From a virus, in the IMG/VR virus record IMGVR_UViG_3300030329_003334, positions 30,022 through 94,021 of that record: a DNA stretch of 64,000 nucleotides; one strand, 5' to 3'. Positions 29,345 through 35,713 of the stretch are shown here, in pieces. The notes under the pieces are model-generated. The model was not told where the DNA came from. It did not search any database and saw only the letters and a program-made list of their open reading frames with translations. The position numbers and the translations under genes are program-made. Each line of letters starts with the position of its first letter. Within the stretch, counting starts at the first letter, position 1.

Positions 29345-29560
29345 ATTCGCCTTGGGACTACCTCTATTCGCTAGAATAGAAGTAGCGTGCTCGTCAGCAC
29401 TATTTCTGAGTCGCTAAACTCAACCCGATTATACTCCATAAAAGAGAATAACCCACATATCGGACTTCAATGTGTTTATTAATGAGCCTATATATAAGGA
29501 CTCATCCTTAGAGATGCACATGAGGCTTAGCATAAAGCTTTGAACCGTTCGCATCGTTTG
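29345..29560 (-). ncRNA. About 215-nt multi-hairpin non-coding RNA candidate
   Basis: At least 7 consecutive hairpins (TCTATTC/GAATAGA, GTGCT/AGCAC, TGAGT/ACTCA, CACAT/ATGTG, ATGAGCCT/AGGACTCAT, GATGC/GCATC and others); GC higher than flanks. Confidence 0.6.
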
Positions 29561-29564
29561 TTTA

Positions 29565-29831
29565 TTACCTATAAGCTGGGCAATTTTGCGCTGCTTGCCA
29601 ACTAAATCCTCCACAAGAAGATTGAGTTGACATACAAGATGAGAATAAAAACATACATATAATAGCTATTGCTATTGATGTAAGTATTCCATATCCTAAT
29701 CCTTTTTCTATTCTCTTGTGTTTTATATCTCTATCTATTCTTTCATAGTTAGCCCTCATTACTTCTGGATCTGATTTATAAGGACTAATCTTCTGTCCTT
29801 TACTATTTACCATATATTTTATTTCTGCCAT
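29565..29831 (-). CDS. Small membrane/lipoprotein-like protein
   Basis: TM segment ending FLFSSC, then ...SSCGG...NCPAYR. Confidence 0.6.
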   Translation of the reverse strand: MAEIKYMVNSKGQKISPYKSDPEVMRANYERIDRDIKHKRIEKGLGYGILTSIAIAIICMFLFSSCMSTQSSCGGFSWQAAQNCPAYR

Positions 29832-29938
29832 GATTTCTAATTTTTTAATTAATAACTATCTCTTTCTTTTGAAGAAGGTAATAGAACTATTGCTAGTCCT
29901 ATCACCACTAATATTTTGAATAACATTATAAATTCCCT

Positions 29939-30088
29939 TTACAACTTAGTAGGGATAGAATGCATTCCTATACCTATTATACAAAATGGTAAAATGATAA
30001 CTAAACCATTATGACTTTCATAACCAATACCAAATGCAAATAGTTTTTCAAAACTTGCTTTAAGAACGAACTTTTTTCTAATTTCCAT
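29939..30088 (-). CDS. Small protein (49 aa; not in ORF track)
   Basis: MEIRKKFVLKASFEKLFAFGIGY...IILPFCIIGIG...*; starts in an AGAAATCATG context. Confidence 0.6.
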   Translation of the reverse strand: MEIRKKFVLKASFEKLFAFGIGYESHNGLVIILPFCIIGIGMHSIPTKL

Positions 30089-30124
30089 GATTTCTAATTT
30101 AAAGTTAATACTGTTAATTGTGTG

Positions 30125-30721
30125 TTAATACCTGTAATGTCCTGTTATTTTCCAATCAAATAAACAATCTTCAATTACTTGTCCATAACCTATGTTATGT
30201 ATCACTTTGTATTCAGAGTGATAGTTGCTTGGTACATTTACTACTATACCAATATGATTTAATCCTCCTCCTAAATCCCAGGTTACAATATCACCTGGTA
30301 AATATTTAGTTGGATTAGGTATTGTCGGCAATGATTCTCCATATCTTTCAAATAATGTTTGAAGATTTGGTACTCTTCTATGATCTATATTTGGATCAAC
30401 TTTATCATCTGTTAATTGATAACAATTTAGACCTATTTCTCTAGTGTACTTAATATCTTCATGTATTAATTGTTGTAAATCAATACCTAATTTCCTATAA
30501 GCTCTTATAACAACGTCAGTACATACACCTATGTTATCTGGTACATCACCCATTGGATAATCTATTGCATAATAAGAACCATCATACTTTATAGTCCAAT
30601 CTTCCAATGATTTCGCTGCTACTGCTAATTTATCATAAAAGCTAGGATTGTCTTGTGCATTTATATTTAAAAATATAAATAAACAATAACTAATAATCAA
30701 TAAAATTCTATTCGTTTTCAT
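30125..30721 (-). CDS. DUF1287 (YijF-like) exported protein, papain/NlpC-P60-like Cys-His fold
   Basis: YDGSY..IDYPMGDVP..GVCTDVVIRAYR..GIDLQ; DPNIDHRRVPNL; PGDIVTW; HIGIV; HNIG; signal peptide. Confidence 0.88.
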   Translation of the reverse strand: MKTNRILLIISYCLFIFLNINAQDNPSFYDKLAVAAKSLEDWTIKYDGSYYAIDYPMGDVPDNIGVCTDVVIRAYRKLGIDLQQLIHEDIKYTREIGLNCYQLTDDKVDPNIDHRRVPNLQTLFERYGESLPTIPNPTKYLPGDIVTWDLGGGLNHIGIVVNVPSNYHSEYKVIHNIGYGQVIEDCLFDWKITGHYRY

Positions 30722-30869
30722 GATTTCTTTTGTGTTTATCCTTCCTGTTATAAGCCTTCTTACTTTTATGTACTCTAGATGAGGGAGGCCTTATACCTAA
30801 TTCTAGATCAACTCTTCTTCTTATTGCTCTTTTTCTCTTTATACTTAGTCTTTTATTTTCTCGTGCCAT
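30708..30869 (-). CDS. Basic 53-aa peptide with ArfA-like motif (not in ORF track)
   Basis: MARENKRLSIKRKRAIRRRVDLELGIRPPSSRVHKSKKAYNRKDKHKRNHENE*; AGAAATCATG start context. Confidence 0.65.
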   Translation of the reverse strand: MARENKRLSIKRKRAIRRRVDLELGIRPPSSRVHKSKKAYNRKDKHKRNHENE

Positions 30870-30880
30870 GATTTCTTTTT

Positions 30881-30970
30881 TTATTTATCATCATTACATA
30901 CTGAATATACTATACATACTAGTAATAGCATTACTACTGCAGTAATTATAAGTGGTGGTAATATTGTCAT
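30881..30970 (-). CDS. Single-pass membrane micropeptide (29 aa)
   Basis: MTILPPLIITAVVMLLLVCIVYSVCNDDK*. Confidence 0.45.
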   Translation of the reverse strand: MTILPPLIITAVVMLLLVCIVYSVCNDDK

Positions 30971-30994
30971 ATCATTTAAATATTAATATAAAAA

Positions 30995-31153
30995 GAACAG
31001 TACTAATAAATCCATGTATCTTAGCGGTATTTATAAAGTATTTTCTTGAATTTAATCAAGACGTTTTATACTATTTATATCTACGGTTATAAATAATAAT
31101 CACTGATCAAGTGATATTTAAACTAACTGTTCAATGTCACACCTAAATGTGAC
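30995..31153 (-). ncRNA. Multibranch intercistronic RNA element
   Basis: GAACAGT/ACTGTTC closing stem encloses TCTTGA/TCAAGA, TATTTATA/TATAAATA and ATCACT/AGTGAT hairpins; GTCACA/TGTGAC hairpin adjacent. Confidence 0.55.
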
Positions 31154-31157
31154 TAGT

Positions 31158-31367
31158 TTATTTTATTCTTTTGTTTTTATTTGGGATTATATCTGCATAT
31201 GCAAACACAGCAGCTGCAAATAAAAAGATTAATGAGTAGATTAAACAGAAATTACTCTGAAATGACCCACTGTTAGATCCATATAATCCTACATACATTA
31301 ATAAGAATGCCTGTATAACAGACATGATTGATCCTATTATGTATTTGTTCTTACTTATTTTCTTCAT
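31158..31367 (-). CDS. Two-TM small membrane protein
   Basis: Two hydrophobic helices. Confidence 0.6.
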   Translation of the reverse strand: MKKISKNKYIIGSIMSVIQAFLLMYVGLYGSNSGSFQSNFCLIYSLIFLFAAAVFAYADIIPNKNKRIK

Positions 31368-31402
31368 GATTACTCTTTTTATAGTCTTTTATTCTATTAA
31401 AT

Positions 31403-31707
31403 TAAAGAGTACACAATAGTAATGTCCCACAGAGTTATTACTTCAGTGTGGAACTGTGTTTGTCCTCTCCATTACTATTGTGATTACTCTTTATGTTATT
31501 GCTATACTATATTAATGTATAGTGTTGTATGTTGTATTAAAAAACAAGTGAAATACCCCTGTTGAGAGGTATAACACTCGTTTTTGTTCAGATTAAGCAT
31601 TAACTGTTCGATTCTTAACCAAATCAATGGAAGAACGGATGCATAGCTTCCGTATAATCTGTTATATTCTACTTATAGTAGTAAGAGTTTGAGCAAAGCT
31701 CTCTTAC
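31403..31707 (-). ncRNA. Array of long hairpins after the first early gene
   Basis: 22-bp near-perfect stem (31403-31424/31470-31493); stem 31540-31585 with G-U pairs only on the minus strand; GTAAGAG/CTCTTAC. Confidence 0.6.
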
Positions 31708-31946
31708 GAGAACTTTAACCACGTGAACTCAATCACTTCACCAGTTTCTTCGTCCGTGACTGAAGAGACTTCAGTGTGAACTTTAGTTGCGCCTTCAATA
31801 TTGAGATAGTCGCCTATCTCAGGATTGATGCCTTCCTTCAAGTTGGTGAAGCCAACTGTAGATTGAATAATGTCACCCATTTGTTGCTCAACGGCAACAG
31901 TGGCTGCTTTGCCACTTTCTGATACATACAAAACTTTTGCTTTCAT
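31704..31946 (-). CDS. First early gene, small acidic beta-rich protein
   Basis: 80 aa; GC and codon usage visibly different from neighbours. Confidence 0.65.
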   Translation of the reverse strand: MKAKVLYVSESGKAATVAVEQQMGDIIQSTVGFTNLKEGINPEIGDYLNIEGATKVHTEVSSVTDEETGEVIEFTWLKFS

Positions 31947-32100
31947 AATTTCGATTTTAGAATTTCATACGGGGACTATCCCCGCACAAAACTGAGTGGG
32001 AGTCTTTGATAGTGGTGGTTTATGATCTCGAATATATATATATTTTTATTTTTTTTCTTCAAAATTTTTTTTTAGAATTTTTTTATTGTATATTTGCATA
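31947..32100. promoter_or_regulatory. Divergent early/late switch region (candidate virion-RNAP promoter/leader, genome end or origin)
   Basis: Strand switch; GC-rich GGGGACTATCCC...GGGAGTC hairpin, then (AT)n and poly-T tracts. Confidence 0.5.
32089..32096 (+). promoter_or_regulatory. Bacteroidota sigma-A -7 element
   Basis: TATATTTG matches TAnnTTTG; -33 box weak. Confidence 0.5.
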
Positions 32101-32103
32101 TCA

Positions 32104-32303
32104 TTAGTTTATAACTAAGACACCTCGCCAGGAGAAAAAAGGGTTTAATGAAGCGGGGCAACTACGTCTTATGATATATACAAATCATACTATATATCAC
32201 AACTGTTCTTAATTGAACAGAAAAGATCCATGGAGATCTCTTCTTCGGAAGTTCTTGGGAAAATTCAAACGGCACAAAAAAATCGGGTGGGGGATAAGGT
32301 GTC
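32104..32303 (+). ncRNA. About 200-nt structured RNA candidate just downstream of a host-type promoter
   Basis: GACACCT/AGGTGTC closing stem; TGATATATA/TATATATCA, CTGTTC/GAACAG, AGATC/GATCT and CTTC-TTCG-GAAG (cUUCGg) hairpins; no ORF in the supplied track. Confidence 0.6.
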
Positions 32304-32339
32304 GTGTATCTAGTAGAAGTATAAATACTTAATAAAAGT

Positions 32340-32370
32340 TTTGGTAATTAAAATAAATGTTATATATTTG
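32340..32370 (+). promoter_or_regulatory. Consensus Bacteroidota housekeeping promoter (-33/-7) for the late operon
   Basis: TTTG (32340-32343)-N19-TATATTTG (32363-32370). Confidence 0.8.
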
Positions 32371-32393
32371 CATTGAATTGCTATATAATAGTT

Positions 32394-32771
32394 ATGAAAA
32401 GATTGAAGAAACAGAATGTTAATAGAAAAGAGTTCTACCCACAATATCTTAAATTAGTAAATGTGATATTGCCTAAACCTCTTACTGCAAAGGAGATTGA
32501 AATACTGTCTGCTTTTATGGAGTTAGAGGGGGATTTAGTGGAAAGTGATAGATTCGGAACTCAGGCTAGAAAACTTGTTAGGGAGAAATTTGGGTTTAAG
32601 AAACATTCTAATATAGACAATTATATAAAATATTTTAAAAGAAAGGGGATTTTGTATATTGATAAATCTGATAATAAGTTAAAAGTTATTGGAAGTATTG
32701 ATATACCTAAAGAAGAAAAAGAAGTCGAGTTATCATTTAATTTTACATTTAGTGATGGAGGAAATAAGTAA
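32394..32771 (+). CDS. Putative winged-helix transcription regulator
   Basis: LTAKEIEILSAF...RKLVREKFG..SNIDNYIKYFKRKGIL; ATG at 32394 preferred over TTG at 32373. Confidence 0.55.
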   Translation: MKRLKKQNVNRKEFYPQYLKLVNVILPKPLTAKEIEILSAFMELEGDLVESDRFGTQARKLVREKFGFKKHSNIDNYIKYFKRKGILYIDKSDNKLKVIGSIDIPKEEKEVELSFNFTFSDGGNK

Positions 32772-32985
32772 AAATACTGGAATAGATAGTCTTATCCAAA
32801 TGGGTAAAGAAGAAGCCATTGAAAAAAGAGGTAATGCAAAGTTTTTAATTATAAATCCTTTAGGGTCTATGGTTTTAAAAGAAATACTAGCACTTGAAGA
32901 TACTATGGAATTACCTAAGTTTTATAAGGGATTAGAGGTAGTTTATACAATAGATCAGTATGAAGAAGTCGCAAGAGTTTATTAA
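32755..32985 (+). CDS. Hypothetical protein (start revised to MEEISK)
   Basis: ATG overlapping the end of the upstream gene. Confidence 0.55.
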   Translation: MEEISKNTGIDSLIQMGKEEAIEKRGNAKFLIINPLGSMVLKEILALEDTMELPKFYKGLEVVYTIDQYEEVARVY

Positions 32986-33220
32986 AAATTTGGCAGAAGA
33001 GAAAAATTTACCTATCTTTGCAATAGATAAAGTTATTAAGCATCAATTTAGATTCTTAAAAAAATGTATGCAGAGTGATGAATTACCTAATATTTATTTA
33101 AAAAATTTAGGGAGATTTAAGGTAAAGTTAAAAAGATTAGAATGGATGATAGAGCAAATAGATGATAAAAAAGAATTAGATAAACTAAATAAAGCAAAAA
33201 ATGCCAGGGAAAAAAAATAA
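32960..33220 (+). CDS. HU/IHF-like DNA-binding protein
   Basis: EFIKNLAEEKNL...IYLKNLGRFKVK. Confidence 0.7.
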   Translation: MKKSQEFIKNLAEEKNLPIFAIDKVIKHQFRFLKKCMQSDELPNIYLKNLGRFKVKLKRLEWMIEQIDDKKELDKLNKAKNAREKK

Positions 33221-33434
33221 TGATATAAGTAATGAAGCTATAAATTTAGCTACTACTTATTGGGAGAGTAAAAAAAATGATTCATCTAGTTTATTACTTG
33301 ATCTTATAGAAGACGCTGCAGATGATACTATGGAAAGATATGAAGCTAAAATGAGAAAAGCTGTAAATGAATTTCATCAAGCTAATGATATATTAACTAT
33401 TTTAAATAACGTAAAAAATGACAGAAAAAAATAA
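33201..33434 (+). CDS. Hypothetical protein
   Basis: Overlapping small ORF. Confidence 0.55.
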   Translation: MPGKKNNDISNEAINLATTYWESKKNDSSSLLLDLIEDAADDTMERYEAKMRKAVNEFHQANDILTILNNVKNDRKK

Positions 33435-33654
33435 ATGCTATTATGATTTTACAAGGAATTTACCGCCAGAAGATGGTATAAGTATGGTTATGTGTGGAAA
33501 AGGAAGTTGTAAATGTCCTGCTGTGAATATACATAAAGAATTAGAAAAAGTAGTTTTAGGTGGAGAAGAAGAAGGATATAGTGTATGGACGAAAGAACAA
33601 TTTAAAATAATGGTAGAAAATATTAAAAAAGGAGAATTCGATGAGTATATTTAA
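33418..33654 (+). CDS. Small Cys-containing protein
   Basis: CGKGSCKCP...TKEQF..MV..IKKGEFD, DUF397-like pattern. Confidence 0.55.
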   Translation: MTEKNKCYYDFTRNLPPEDGISMVMCGKGSCKCPAVNIHKELEKVVLGGEEEGYSVWTKEQFKIMVENIKKGEFDEYI

Positions 33655-34036
33655 AAACATTAAAGACGGCTGGACTAATTATATGAAAGCCTTTGGAGAC
33701 TATCACGGAGAAAAGGTAAGTCCTCAAGTAGAAAAGATAGCTAGAGAAAGAGCTGATATTTGTAAAGGATGTCCTGAATTAAAAGAATCAGGATTTTATA
33801 AACTAGTAGATAAAGTAATAAATAGAATAGACGGCACGAAAGATCATAAAAAGGTTTTACATCGTGCTGAAACTCCTACAGTAGCTGATGAAAGCATGTG
33901 GGATGGAAGAACGTATAAGTGTGGACAATGTGGTTGTCAATTTCCTGCTAATGTATATTCTCCTGGTAAAACGTGTCCTATGGGTAAATGGGATGCATAT
34001 GAATTAGAAAATAACCAAGATTTAAACGTAGGATAA
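33641..34036 (+). CDS. Zinc-ribbon protein
   Basis: RADICKGC...CGQCGC...CPMGKW. Confidence 0.65.
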   Translation: MSIFKNIKDGWTNYMKAFGDYHGEKVSPQVEKIARERADICKGCPELKESGFYKLVDKVINRIDGTKDHKKVLHRAETPTVADESMWDGRTYKCGQCGCQFPANVYSPGKTCPMGKWDAYELENNQDLNVG

Positions 34037-34314
34037 TGAAAACAAATATTGAAATGGTAGGTAATAATATATTAGTATATATAGAATTGCCTAAAACAGA
34101 AACAGAATCAGGAATACAATTAACAGAGCAAACAGCTTCAACACTAAATAGAGATATAGTTGGAGAAGTAATGGCTATAGGACCTGAAGTTAATAATTTT
34201 TCTACAGGAGATAAGATTTTATTACCTCCTCATGGAAATACACCTATTAGTTATAAAGGCGAGGTTTATCATGTATTTAGAGAAACAAGTTTATTTGCTA
34301 AAGTAAATGGATAA
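34036..34314 (+). CDS. groES: Co-chaperonin GroES (Cpn10)
   Basis: GNNILV...KTETESGIQL...GEVMAIGP...GDKIL...YHVFRE. Confidence 0.85.
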   Translation: MKTNIEMVGNNILVYIELPKTETESGIQLTEQTASTLNRDIVGEVMAIGPEVNNFSTGDKILLPPHGNTPISYKGEVYHVFRETSLFAKVNG

Positions 34315-34507
34315 TAGTACAACAGATAGTACCGTACATGGAGTAGTTATAGTAATAGATTCTACTCATAAAGAAGCTGTATTAGCTACTGCTAAAAGTT
34401 ATTTTGGTAAAGAATTAACTAAAGAAGATCTTAATAAAGATGGTAGCTACACTATGCGTTTGTATGTTAAAGAAGGATATGAGGTTTGTAAAGAGTCAAA
34501 TGAATAA
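34307..34507 (+). CDS. Hypothetical protein
   Basis: Translationally coupled small ORF. Confidence 0.55.
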   Translation: MDNSTTDSTVHGVVIVIDSTHKEAVLATAKSYFGKELTKEDLNKDGSYTMRLYVKEGYEVCKESNE

Positions 34508-35055
34508 TGGATTTATTTGATTTAAGAGATTTTAAAGTAACTATCTCACCTAAAGCACTAATAGTACCAGAATTTAAAGCTCTTTGGGATAGAGACGAAA
34601 GTAAAAATAAGAGTACAGCTTTAAGTGAATTAGCTTATGTTTATTATCTCAGCGATTTTAAATCTCCATATTTGTTATCTTTAGATATTAGTGTGGTTAA
34701 ACATACTGTAGCTAAAGATTTTATGAAAGATGAAAACTATAAACCTGATGATCTTGTAGAAGAGGCTATTAAAAAGTATAAATCTTTGCAAGAAACTCCT
34801 TCTATGAGGTTATTAAATTCATCTTTGGTTACTGTAAGTAAGTTAACTGATTATTTAGAGTCTGTGGATTTAGATGAGAGAGATGATAAGAATAAACCTA
34901 TTTATAAACCTAGTGATATTACTAATAGTTTAAAATCTATTGGTGGTATTGTTGAGTCACTAACAAAAGTTAGAGATCAAGTAGAAAAAGAAATAACTCA
35001 AGCTGGAGCTCTTAGAGGACAGCGTAAAAAAGGAAATCGTGAAGACCCGAGGTAA
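34507..35055 (+). CDS. Conserved crAss-like protein, candidate terminase small subunit
   Basis: FKALWDRDESKNK..A..ELAYVYY..DFKSPY...TPS.RLL...D..KPIYK; TerS role is an inference. Confidence 0.55.
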   Translation: MDLFDLRDFKVTISPKALIVPEFKALWDRDESKNKSTALSELAYVYYLSDFKSPYLLSLDISVVKHTVAKDFMKDENYKPDDLVEEAIKKYKSLQETPSMRLLNSSLVTVSKLTDYLESVDLDERDDKNKPIYKPSDITNSLKSIGGIVESLTKVRDQVEKEITQAGALRGQRKKGNREDPR

Positions 35056-35067
35056 TATAGTAGTAAT

Positions 35068-35202
35068 ATGGCCTTCTTAAGAAAATTATTAAGGAAGTAT
35101 AAATGGTTGCATTATTTAGGTTTACATAATGAAGATTGTAAGCGTAGATTATTTACAACTAAAGATAAATGTATTTGTTTAAGAACAGGAAATAAAATTT
35201 AA
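35068..35202 (+). CDS. Small Cys/His basic protein (44 aa; not in ORF track)
   Basis: MAFLRKLLRKYKWLHYLGLHNEDCKRR...KCICLRTGNKI*. Confidence 0.5.
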   Translation: MAFLRKLLRKYKWLHYLGLHNEDCKRRLFTTKDKCICLRTGNKI

Positions 35203-35205
35203 ATT

Positions 35206-35427
35206 ATGGGTTATTTAACACATTTAAAAAGAACTGCTCATTGCCCATCTTGTAGATGGTTTATAAAGAGAGATTCTAATGATGATATAAAAGAAGTAAA
35301 ATTAGTTTATAAACCATCAGAGTATAGGCAAACATCAAATGCAAGAAAATTATATACTCAAAAAGGATTAATATCTATATTAGAAGCAGAAAAAAATAAA
35401 AAGAATAATGAAATCAGTCGTACATAA
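35206..35427 (+). CDS. Hypothetical protein
   Basis: 73-aa ORF. Confidence 0.55.
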   Translation: MGYLTHLKRTAHCPSCRWFIKRDSNDDIKEVKLVYKPSEYRQTSNARKLYTQKGLISILEAEKNKKNNEISRT

Positions 35428-35713
35428 AATATCAGGATCTACAGCCGTTGAGTTAATAGATATTAATACTAGAGTAAGACCTTTAAAATCTATGTCATTA
35501 GCTAATATACATGCAAGTGATGCAGCTGCTGTAGATTTATATTTAAAGAATGCAGGAGGAACAGATTATTATATAATGAAGGGATTGTCTATTCCAGCTG
35601 GAGTAACTTTATCTTTAGATAGTGATGATCTGCAATATGATTTTGATACCTTTAATTTTTATATTAAATTAGGAGCTGGTGGTAGTACTGTAGATGTTAT
35701 TATTAAATCATGA
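35408..35713 (+). CDS. Small beta-rich structural/decoration-like protein
   Basis: SLANIH...VDLYL...YYIMKGLSIPAGVTL; coupled to the fibre gene. Confidence 0.55.
   Translation: MKSVVHKISGSTAVELIDINTRVRPLKSMSLANIHASDAAAVDLYLKNAGGTDYYIMKGLSIPAGVTLSLDSDDLQYDFDTFNFYIKLGAGGSTVDVIIKS

Noticed and set aside
29387-29425. CTGACGA and GAAA motifs suggesting a hammerhead
   Set aside because: GAAA precedes CUGANGA by only 5 nt, leaving no room for stems III and I or the cleavage triplet.
29429-29614. 61-aa minus-strand ORF with GTG start
   Set aside because: Starts inside another gene and runs through a hairpin array; better explained as structured RNA.
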